Below, piece by piece: positions 51,301 to 63,300 of a stretch of DNA of 64,000 nt. Source of the DNA: Candidatus Omnitrophota bacterium. Its GTDB lineage: Bacteria; Omnitrophota; Gorgyraeia; Duberdicusellales; 4484-171. The first letter of the stretch is position 1. Each line of letters opens with the position of its first letter. A program made the position numbers and the translations under genes. The stretch is taken from NCBI GenBank assembly GCA_021735655.1, contig JAIPGM010000001.1, positions 32,001-96,000 on the forward strand, read 5' to 3'. The notes under the pieces were generated by a model that was not told the DNA's origin, did not search any database, and worked only from the letters and a program-made list of their open reading frames with translations.

Positions 51301-54300
51301 AAGTAGCTCCGGGGACCTATGTTATGTTTGTTCAGGGCGCAGGTCGACAAGCCCGTATCAGAGCTGCGGTTGAGAATTTCGTTGCTACTCATCGGGCCGA
51401 AGACGGAACAGCTAAACCAGTTGTTGTCAAAATCGCCGATGGCTCACAGGGTGTAGGTATAGCAATGTTCGGTGTCGAAGAATACGATAACGAGTTAGAT
51501 TTTATCGATGATGCCGTTCAAACTATCCAGGGTTTTCTTAGTGAAGGTCACAGTGTTATGCTTCAAGAACGTGAAATACCGGTTAATGTTGCGGTTAGTG
51601 GCCAGGATTCAAATTATCGTGTCTTTATATCTCGCAAAAACGGAAAGCCAGTTGTAACCAAAATTGTGGTCCGTACTGGTCCTTTTTCGAATGATCCAGT
51701 TAACATTAGTCAGGGTGCCGAAACTATAAGTTTTGAAACAGAAAGCTACGCGATGCTTGGTTTGACTAGCGATGAGCATGCTCGTAAGCGTGAAGCTATT
51801 GAGTCAGCAGCTTTAGCAATGTTTAAGGCTTTAGATGCACAGGCTGATAATGATGCTCTTTATGAAGAAACAGAACGTAGCCAACAAGATTTTGCAAGTG
51901 CCGATATAATTGTTGTTGAAATTGAAGATGCTAACGGCGTTAAGCAGTTCCATCCTAAGATTATTGAAGGCAATGGTACCAATTCAGGTGGTTTTTGGCA
52001 TCTTGATGAATACTATAACAGTAGTTATAGCAGTAAGGGTCGTCAAACAACCGAAAGGGGTTTAGCTATCAAAGAATATGCTGAAACCATAGCCGCTCGT
52101 GCCCGCGCCTATCGTCAACGCCTTGAAGGGAAAGAAGGGGCAGCATACCTTGAACATCTTATGACTACCGCTGTGCAAGATGGCAATGGTTTGGCTGTTT
52201 CTGAAGATATTGCAGTTGATGAAGCCGAATATGATGCAGCGGTTGTTCTTATCGGAGGCTATGTTGATTCTCAGGCCTTGGCTATTTTACAAGCAGCGAC
52301 TGAGAGTGATCCTGCAGTTGCTTTTGTTTGGGTTCGTTGGTCTGGTGAGCTTCGTCGTCGGAAAGGTGTATTATATGTTCAGGATGGCGTTCGCTATCGC
52401 GAGGGCAAATTAGAAGCAGTACACTATGCAGCACCTATTGCTGTAGGTATGGTGCATGCTGCTGGCACTGTCAGCAATAAACAATTACGTAGATTAGGCA
52501 TAACACCACGTACTTGGAATACACGTGTTGAATTTTATATGCATCATAAGGCAGCTACTGCTTATATTTTACGTCAAGCTGGCGTATCAATGCCGAAAAC
52601 ACTTGCTTTCTTGCCGGGTAGTAACAGAGGGCCAGCTCTATTACGCGACGACCCCGATACAGTTATTGTATCTAAGAATGATTTACGTAGAAGAAAAGCT
52701 GCTGTTCGAGTAAGGATACGTCAACGCGTAAGTGAACTTTCAGAATTCACCACTGGCGCTATTGTTAAGCCGGCTAACCGTTCACGTAGTGAAGGCGTTG
52801 AAGCAATCCCTTATACTGGAACCGAAGCAACCATCGATGCTATTACTGATATGATTATGGCTCGTTTGCTTAAAGGCGAAAGTCTTATTCTCCAGGAAAC
52901 ACAATTAGCAAGATCAATCGATGGTTTATATGGTATCGGAAAAACTAGACACTTGGTACGAGCCTTCGGTATGATTGATCCGGTAACTGGGAAACCAGTT
53001 GTTTTTGCCATCAGATTTGATCCAGGACATATGCCGATCGGCGGAGCCGATAGTATTGTAGTTAACGCTACCCGTCATACCTTGACTGCTGATAAGTACC
53101 ACGGTTATACACTTGAAGAAGTTGCTGCTATGTGGGGTATGGATCCGGAAAGCTTACGCAGCAGCATTGAGCAGTTATTCATTGATGCAGTTACTGCAGT
53201 TGCCTCAACGGTTAATCCACGTGGTGTCAGTCAGGCTTGGATTACGACCGATATGATTATCGATGAAACAACCGGAAAGCCGGTTCTCGTCGAGATGAAT
53301 GGTCGTCGTTCAGCTCAAATCTTTGGTACTGAGAAGCACAGATCAGAACTTGCTCGTTCAGGAAAGGCTCCGGCACGTAGTTATACTGCTACTTTTACTG
53401 ATGCTTTAGCTGCGAAGGCCAAGAAACACCTTAAGGTAAGTATAGAAGAGACTTCGACAGCAGCAGTTCCTTTAGACAACGGAAGTAGTCATAGAGGATT
53501 GTCTATACCGGTATTTTTAGCTGGAATTTTAACTTTGGGTTTAACAAATATTGCTTCGGCTGCCGAAAAAGGGCAAGCAACTAATTCAGATAATCCGCTA
53601 TTTGCTTTATTTTTAATAGTTGCTATACCTTTAGCTGTAGCAGCTGTTGTATTCTTATTTGCTATAGATTGGGATTATTATTTTGGTAAATTAACCAGGC
53701 AATCGCCTCCCAGCGAGAGTGAAACCTCCCCGATAGGGGATGATAGATTAGAAGTTGATGGGGCTAGTTCATCCGTGGCTGCTAGCCCTACTTCTTCTAG
53801 CCATAGGGATGAGCCTCATCGACCTCTTGACAACAACTCTGGAGAAAAACGAAGCAGATTTTCTTTAAGATCTCTTTTCGGTGGAACAGCAGATAGCTCT
53901 TCAGCTTCTAGCTCTGCTAGTAGAACATCTCGAGAAACTCGTGCACCACCAGTTTTAAGAATTGTAATAGCTTGGGCTAGCGCAGGTAACATAGCCGCAT
54001 TAAAGGCTTTAGTCGAGCGTATTAGGCAGGATTTAATTGATGGATTACCTTTTGATGTTGTAATTGAAGAAACAGTAGTCTTAACTAAATTAGATAAATA
54101 TAACCAAAGTCATTTAGGCGCAACCAGAGATTCTAGCGTTGGTCAGTATATCCTTCCTTGGCCAAATTTAAAAACTAAAGCTAACGTACCTACCTTAGTT
54201 ATTACTGATGCTGATTTGGGCGGAACATCTGAAGATGATTCTGGAAAACGATCAACAAATAATAGCCTTATGGGCAGGACCTATGCTTGGCAGAATATAG

Positions 54301-57300
54301 CACTGGCCACTACTTGGAAATTCCGCAGTTCAAACCAAGGTCTATCAGATAGAAATAATCGCAATAACATATTACATGAACTCGGCCATCTTTTTGGAAT
54401 AAATCATGAGTGTGGCTGTAAAACCTGTATTATGCATCAAGCTGACTCAACCGAAGAAGTGGCCCGGACGAAACAATTTTGTAAGTCTTGTAATAACGAA
54501 TTAACTAAAATAAATGGTGTTAAATCTAAAAAAACACCACTTGATAACGGTAAACAAACTAGACAATCGTCTCCCAGCGATAGATTAGAAGTTGATGGGG
54601 CTAGCTCATCCGTGGCTGCTAGCCCTACTTCTTCTAAACCTTTGGATAATGGAATATTCGGAGTAATGTTTAGACAAAGAGCCACAAGGATTGATGCTGA
54701 TGGCCATGGTAATTGTTCTGCTGTGACTATTTGGGCTAAGAGAGTTGAGGCTTGGGATGGTTATTTTTCAGAGGGAGAGTCTTTTTATATAGCAGGTATT
54801 GAAGATAGTAGCGATTCATTAGGAGAAAGTACAGATCCTAGGTATGTACGAACTGTAGAAAGATCGGAATCTTCAGATAGGTCTCAAAGAATAGTTAAAG
54901 TAGAAGTCGCTGAGGGTGAATTCACGATTATTGAATTAGAAGACGGATCGGTTATTGCTCATGCCCATATATTTCCAAGACAGGGAACGGCCGATACTGC
55001 TTATTGGCAGCTTATTAGAGTGTTGGATTATTTTACCGACTCCAGAAATGGTTTTGATCAAGATAGCTTAAGAATTGCTTTTGGTTGGGAAGAACGTTTA
55101 GATGGATTTGGTTACGATGCAATTACTTTTAATAGAAGGTTGTTTAGAACTTCGGATTATATGGGGGATGGTCGAGGGCCAGTTTATAGTTCAGCTATGA
55201 CTTGGGATCAACAAGTCGCCGCAGCTGGTCTAGTCGGAGTATTACCTAGTGGTACCGAGCGCATTAATGAGTTAGAGCAGTTGGCCAGAGACAAAGGCTT
55301 TGAAGTTATTTCTTCAAATACCCGTCAATATACGCCAGATCCGGCAGGTTCCGGACAGGGGATGACCGCAACAGATATTAGCGTAACATCTAGTGATTAT
55401 TGGTTGTCGCATAGGCAGGCAGAATTTAGATTTCATTTACGCTTATCAGAAGATAAAAGACCGTTAGATAATGGTAAAGAGAGTGATTTACAGATTCCTC
55501 TTGATAATGGCCCAAAAGGACAGTCTGAATTAGCGGCTAATACCTTAGGCTCTCTAATTGCCGGATTAGTCGCTGCACTTCCAGTTGTTGGGTTGGTGGC
55601 GGGCGCCTTAGCTTTAGTAGTTGTACTTCCGCCGGCAATAACAACAACGACCGCAGTAGTAGTAATCGCAGTAATTGCGGCAGCAGGAATCCTATCGCTT
55701 CCTTTTGCCTATATCTCAGTAATGTTTTTGTCACAAGGCTTAAGAATTGCCATAGCTAATGTTGTTCATGGCGGCATAAGAGGCCCTACTGCTTTAACTG
55801 AACCTATTGCTACTCCGGGCAGTAATGTTTCAAGAAAAATTCCTGAATCAATTATGCCTTTAGCTCTAAGACATTCCATTAACCAGGTTCATGAACAAGC
55901 CCATCGTGATGGAAAAGATGAGCTTGGTGCTTATTCTGCTCAAGCAAAAGATTTCTTGGCTAAAGGAATAAAAGTTTTAATTCATCTTGGATTACTAATC
56001 GGTGCTACTAAATTAGTTTGGATAACTGGTTTCGGTAGTTTATTTAATGTATTTGTTCCAGCTCTCGTGGTCTTGGTTGCTGTTTTTTACCTATGGAAAG
56101 ATTTAAATTCCTTAAGGGATAGTCAGCCAATTAAACTTTTCTATGAATCTCGGGTTTTACTGACTCAAGCTGAAAGTTTAGCCATTGGCACATTTGTTTC
56201 AGCCCGTGGTGTTCAAAGCCAAAGGGTTGGGTTTGCCGATAGAAGCTTAATTGATTCAGTCTCTCGAGTAGTTACTAATCCAGTTTTAGTAGTAGCTTTT
56301 GTTTTATTAGGAATTTCGGTACCGTTAACTGGCGGAGCAAGTTTCTTCAGTCTAGCTGTATTGCAAGGTGCTCTTTTTGGAGTCTTTGCTCCTTATTTGT
56401 TTAATGTGTTATGGAATTTTTTCTGGGATCATGCTCAGAAGGATGATTACCTGCAAAAAATAGCCGAAGGTTATAAAGCTAGAACACTTTCAACTAATAA
56501 TTTGAACGAACTAGATAGGTTAGTTAAGCTTTTTGAGGATGGTTTAGCTAAGGCAAATAATTTTGAAAGAGTTTGGTTTAGGCTAAAGAGCTTTTGGATA
56601 ATAGGATCAGTAAGACTTCCAGCCTTAACCGGACCAGCTAAATTTTTGATAGGTAGGTTACAGTTAGTTTTCTGGGGTTCAGTAATAGCTCTAGGAGTTC
56701 TTCCTTTTGTTGATCAATGGTTATTAAATATTTTTGGAGTTGGGGCTGAATTTTCTTTGCTCAACCTAATTGGTTATGATGGCGTTAAAGATGGCGCTGC
56801 CAGCTTGAGTCTTTCACATACAATCGGTGGCTTAATAAGAACTGGCATAATTGTAATGTTGCTTAAGATTTTTAGCCGTAGATTTTCTCAGCTTAGGAAT
56901 AATATTCAAAATAACCGACTAGCCAATGGTAAGGATATCAAATTAGGTTCTTTGAGCGCTGGGTACTTAATTAAGAATTTTGATAGAGTAGATAAAGATT
57001 CAATAAAGCTAGCGCTTGAGCGGGGTTTAATTAATCCTTCAGGAATTCCGGCAGCTAAGGCGCTATTACGCGAAATGCTTGGAACTGAAGGCATAAACGT
57101 TGTTAATCCTTCAGTTTCCGGGAAGTTATTCCATCAGTTCTTTTATTACCTTATTCCCGATGCAATAACTTTTCTAGTCGTTATTTCTTCGCCGATATCC
57201 GGTTTATTGTATTTTTTACATAGAAGAGTACTTAAGAATTTAAACAATGATTTCAGTGTAGCGCATCCTTATTATTCTTTATGGCTTATGCAGGGCCGCG

Positions 57301-60300
57301 AGTATTGGGTAAGTTTTGGGCATATGTGGATAATATCAGCTGAGATTGAAGCAGTTGTCGATAGCGGCGATTATCTTGCCGGACATCAAGTTTTAAAGCA
57401 TGTTGGTGGTCAAGAAATAGGTCAGATTGCTCATCTCTTAGAAGGTAAAAATGGAGCAATTTCTTGGGGTGGCCATATTTTAGGATTAGTAGAATCTTCT
57501 TTAGGCATAAGCTTGGCTCAGGTTGCCCATAATGCTTTAGGTGGTGAAACTGATGTTGTAGCTTGGCAACAAAGCAACCAACTCAAGATTCAAATTGACA
57601 CAATAGAGTCGTCTAAAGATTTTAAAAGAATACATTCTAGAGCGAATGCAGAAGTTTTGAAGAATGCTGATGCCCTAGAGCAAATGTTTTCCTTTGAGGC
57701 AGAACGGAATGAATTAGAAGAATCGGTAAGAGTCCATGCTCGCAGTCTCCTTTATCAAGCTGCTGCTAGTAAAGAAGCGCACGATAATGTGTATGATCAA
57801 GATGGAAAGCTAAAACTTGATTTAGCAGTAGAGATTGTTGCAGCTAGGGTCACCGGTAGTATTTTAGGTAGAGTATTTTCAATGGGTCAATTTGGTGGCA
57901 GCAGTTCCTTGGGTAGCGAAATAGAAGTTGTGGTTGATGGGGACGCTGATGTGGTTGGATCAGAACCAAAAGTAGTAGCTGCTCCGTTAGACAATGGAAA
58001 GCCAAGCGAAAGACCGGTTGTTGATTCAGAAAAGGTAGATTCGGTTTCACCAAACCAGGCAGAGGGTTCTACGGTTGAAGATAGTTCAGAGGCTAAGGCT
58101 TCAGATACAAGAGAGGTCAAACAGTCCAGAGCGCCACCTGAGGAATCAAAGGAAGGTCTATTAACTCGTTTAAATAGAGGAATTTTCCGCAAAGTAGCTC
58201 CGGTCTTATTAAGTTTGCATATTGCTTTTTCACCGATAACTGAGTACTCTTTAGCTAGCTATTTAGAAAATCAAAATCAAGCAGTTGCAGTTCAAGTCCA
58301 GGAAGTTGACTCATTAGGGACGGTAGTTGATTATAGCCGTAGTCGAGACGGAAGCGCACTGAATGAAGCAAGGATTAAAGCTGAAGTTGAATCAACTCCG
58401 AGTGAAGCAGTTGATTTTGAACGGATTAACCGCGGCGGTGAACTGGATAAAGCTCGAGGATTTTACCAGACCCAAGGTCTAAAGGCTGCTTCGGATAGTT
58501 TTGCCGAGTATTTCAGACAACCTGGTAAGATTAGAGTAGGTGATTATGATCGATTTACCGGATCAGTCTATAATGGCAAATTATATCTATCTGAAGATAC
58601 CTTAGATGATTCTTCAGAGTTAACTCTTACCCTAGTCCATGAAATTGGAGCTTTCGCTAAAAGAACTCATGCTCAAAATAAAGCTATGGAGTATAAGTTC
58701 TTGGTAGCTGAAGGAAAAGTTCCTGAAATTGCTTTAGAGATGGATCCGGTATCTCGAGAAGTTGTTAAACTTAAACCAGGAAATACCATAGCGATTATCG
58801 AAAAGCCTAATGGCGATTGGGTTGCTGTAGGTAAAGATGGAAAAGAAACTGTTATATTTGGAGCATCTATCCAGGTCGCCGAAGGGGCTAACCCACCTTC
58901 AGCCTATGGTGAAAATAAGCCAGAGTTACCTTATCGTAACTTACACGATACTGACAGAGTAAAAACTGAAGATGGGAAAAATCTGACTAGTGTTTTAGAT
59001 CAAATCGGATTAAACTTTCAGCACTTCTACCTGATGACTAACCCTACTGCTGAGCAGTTAAAGATACTAGAAGGGATAGTAACAAAGGCAAGAGCAAGGG
59101 GTGTTGAAACTATGGTTACCTATTGGGCTGGTCAGCATACTAAGAACATTTCTTTAGAAGCTGAAATTAAGCAGGCTTTAAATATTCCGGCCGAGAGAGA
59201 TTTGACTGAGTTTAACTTAAGGCCGGTTGAGGATTGGAATAAGCTTACTCAAGTTAAGCAAAATCAATTAAAGGCCCAATTGGGTATCGCTGCTACTGAA
59301 ACTGTAAATGAAATACAGATTCAAAATCTTTTAATGCTTGAAAGCTGGAGTCAAATACCAGCGGCTCGGCAAAAAGAGCTTAGAGCCCAGATTGGTATCA
59401 GCGAAGCGGCCAAGTTAAGTATAGACCAGATAGATACGCTTTTATTTATCAATCTTTGGCAAAGTTTGCCGGTAGCTAAGCAAGCAGAGTTTAGAGGACG
59501 CTTAGGCTTTGAGGCTACCGAGAAACTCACCGATATCATGCAGATTGAATCAGGTCTATTTACTCTTTATAATCCTACCGCTGAAAATAAAAAGTATATT
59601 GTCGATCAGGCAAAGATGGTTGCCGAATGGGCCAATCAAGTTGGCGTTTTTGTAAAGATTGCTAATGAAATTAACTACTATGATAAGAATGGTCCGGTTC
59701 TTGATCTTGCAAAGATAAATCCAAACCAAATGGTCAATTTGTTTCCTCATCAGTTATATAAATTTTTAAACGAGGAAATAGCAGTATTGTTTAATAAGGA
59801 TAAAGTTTTCTTAAGCTTAGGAAGGTTAGATGTTCCTGGTTTTGAAGATGAGCCATTCTTAAAAGATAATCTTTCAAATTTCAAAGGGTTGGCCTTAAAC
59901 CTTTATCCTAACTGGGATCCTCAATTTGGCGGCTCACGTGAAACCGATCAATTATTTAGTTCGATAAACTATAGCCGTGGAATCATTGGTAGCATGCAAG
60001 CAGCAGCAAGTTTAAGAGTTCCAGTAATAATTTCAGAGTGGGGCGAGTCTTCATATTTAGCCGGCATTGCTAAAGCTATAGGAATTGGTGAAGTTGGTCA
60101 GGCTCTTTTTGCCCGAACTTTTTATCAGGGAATTCTACCATTTGTTGCCGGAAATAGTGATCCTAAATATGCTGATCGAACTCAATTTCCGAAAGTTATA
60201 GTTGGTGCGATCGTCTATAGTGGTGCTTACGAACAAGGTTGGCAGGCCACCTTAGATCCAGCTGAGCCAGGGTTGTCATTTACCGAAGTTGTTGACGCTT

Positions 60301-63300
60301 CAGATCCTTTAACTGTAAGAGTAAAACCGTTTGCTTTTGAACTTGCAAAGATAAATGATCTTTTGCAACGCATGGTCCAAGGGTTGGCAGTTGAGCAGGT
60401 AGTGGTTCCTGAATTTACCGCTAAGCCAAAGGCTAAGGTTGACCGAAGCCACGAAATACCGGAAGCCGAAATAACCAGGCCACTTGATGCTGCGGCTGTC
60501 GTTGAAATTTCTCGTGAGTCTCAAGCAATCCAATATTCTAAAGACAATCCTAAAGAGCCAACAGTTGTTTTATTGACTAAAGGGGTTGCTCGTCTTGATC
60601 CAAAGGTCATAGCAAGTAGTCTTTCTGGCATTGGAAGAGTATTCTTTGGGGATGATCCGCAACTTATTAGAGATTTCGGTGCTGATAATCTTAAAGAAGG
60701 TTTGTTTGAGGCGAGAGTATTACTTGACGGAAAAGTTATTGCAAGGCTTATTACTGAATCGGGTTGGAAAATTAGCGATCAGAGCAGAGTAGTTAAAAAT
60801 GGCAAGCTAGTAAATGAAAAGACTGAAAGAGATGGAAGCTTTGTAATGCTTGAACAGGTTAAAACAGCTGAAGGTTTTGTAACTAATGGGTACTATATTT
60901 TTGATGCTGACAAATCTGAATATCTGCATTTAGAGAATTTAAATATACGTAATATTGATGAATGGCTAGCCATAAGAGGAAATTTCCCTCAGTATAACTT
61001 AGCTAGATCCGTTGGGGGAACTACTGATGTAGAGTTTGTTCGTGTTGAGATTGATTCTGCCAATAAAAATATAATTATTGATTACACGAGAATTAATAGC
61101 GGTAAACAGGTTCCTCTAACTTGGTCAACGGTAATTAGTCGTTTAACTGCCACTGCAGAAAGCACTGAAGCCGTCACCGCTACAGATATGAAACCGGCTG
61201 AGGATATGCTGGATAAGTTGTTACAATTAATACATGATGGCAAGTTTCATCGAATATCAAAACAACGGGGTAGTCGCGCAGCCCATAATCGTGAGTTACG
61301 AGCCAATTGGCTTGATTGGGATTTAAGAAGACATACTGGCATGAATTACTGGGAAGTTGGCTTACCTAATCCAATCCAGGGTTTTGCAATTATTACTAGA
61401 GCCGGATCACGCGGACAAGTAATATTCCTTTCCGATACTGCGACTGACGCTAATCTTCAAGCAAAAATACTTGGTAATTATGATTTAAGATTTACCCCTA
61501 GCGGAAGAGTTCAATTTAACTTGGAAGGTAAGTTAGTTGAGTTGCCTTCAGTATCGGATTTGAGATGGGCCTTACGGAATATTAATTTTTCAGGAGCAAG
61601 AATAGTTGGTGAAAGCCCTGAAAAAGGAATGGATATTTTAAGTGCCGAGATTCCTTGGTACGGTGATAATTTAACATTTTTGGGCGAGAAGTTAGTTTCT
61701 AAGGGTGAGGCAGTAACTATGGTAATGCTTCACGATCGTGATCGTGGTGAAGTATCGATTAAGATTTTAGTTGGCGTTACTCCGCCGGAAGGTGGCGAGG
61801 CCAAGCTCGACTGGAAAGAGAAATTCAATAATTTAGTTAAGCGTGACGGCGCAAGTTCGAAATATCTTTTTGGTGAGGTGCCTTTAGTTGAAATTAATTT
61901 TGAGCGAGTTGGGCCTAATACTTATCGGGTGATGGCTGAGGTTGATCCGGTATATCCCGGTTTAAGAAAAATAAAAGACGTTAAGGTTGAGACTGCTGAA
62001 GATATGGCCAAATTAGTTGAAGCTACTTTAACTAAGAAGGCTATAGAGGGAGTTGACACTGGCTTACGTATCGTTACCAAGGGTAAGTATTCTTTACTTA
62101 TTCGTCTTGATAAGAATACCGGAGACCCGATTGAGGGAGCAATTGAGAAATCAGCAAAAGGCTTAAAAGCAGCCTCGCGACTTTTCGGTAAAACTGAATC
62201 ACACAAGACCTTTACCTTTGAGGAAAAACTTGACCCGCGAACTGGTCGAAGCAGCGATGTGGCAAGACTAATAACTGATAAGACTGACGCAAACTGGTTT
62301 GGGCTTTATATCGTTGAAGATGTAACTCTTAGGCAAATTATTGCTGCTTTTACTGAAAATGGCACACTTTCCGGAATAAACGGCGTTGATAGTGGGTTAA
62401 GAGCCTTACAAAAAGAAGTAAATGTGATTGTAGTTGACGCTCAAGGGCGTCGCACAACCCAAGAAGTTACTCGTAGCTTATTCTTACGCTTTGATTTAGA
62501 AACTAAAAAGTTAATTGAAGGAATTGTTCAAACTGAGGATCCTAATACTGATAGATTGCGTCCGGATAGCCTTGAAAAACGTCAAAAGGGCCAGAGAATT
62601 ACTGATGATGATTATTACTGGTTTGTCCGCGATGTCAGAGAGCCAAAACCGTTTGATTTTGAAGGTGCTATACCGTTAGATTCTGGACGCATCATAATTG
62701 TTAATCGCGAGGATCCTAATGTTCCTGGGCTTTGGTATGTGGTTGATGCTGAGGCTGGCGATATAGTCTCAGCTTTCCGTCAGAATGGATCATTAAGAAA
62801 TATTAGAGGCCGGGAAACTGGTTTCCGAGCTTATCAGACTGAAGTTACCTTACGAGATGGTGATGGAAAAGCTATTTTAGATGACCAGGGCCAGGAAGTT
62901 AAAGTAACTCATACTTTACTTTTCAGGTTTGAGTTAGATGATCAAGGAAGAATTATGAAAGATTCTTTGGCTGAAGGTGTACTCCAGGCTGAGACTACTG
63001 AAGCTAAATTGCGTCAAGGGAAAGATGGCAAAGATGAAACTAATGATTATTACTGGTTTATTAATATGTCTAAAAGCCTTATATCGTTTAAGGTTACCAG
63101 CTATGATCAAGGTAAGTCAGTATTAATGATTTCTCTGCCGGAAACAGAAGCTGACAAAGATGGTTGGCGTCCAGTTAGAAGGTTAGAGGTTGATAATGCC
63201 AATCAGATTAAAGATTTAGCTGAAGCCTTAAAGAGAGCAGTTACTAATAATGATTATAGCGAGCTGGGTGAGAAAACTGACACACGGATTAAGATCGTTG

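Noticed and set aside
40932-57998. Possibility that each 'PLDNG' site (DNA ...gatAATGg...) marks an internal translation start, making a gene array rather than one ORF
   Set aside because: The ATG within gat-aat-gg is out of frame, and reading from it hits a stop within a few codons. There is no Shine-Dalgarno sequence upstream of these sites, and the frame-0 reading is continuous across all of them.
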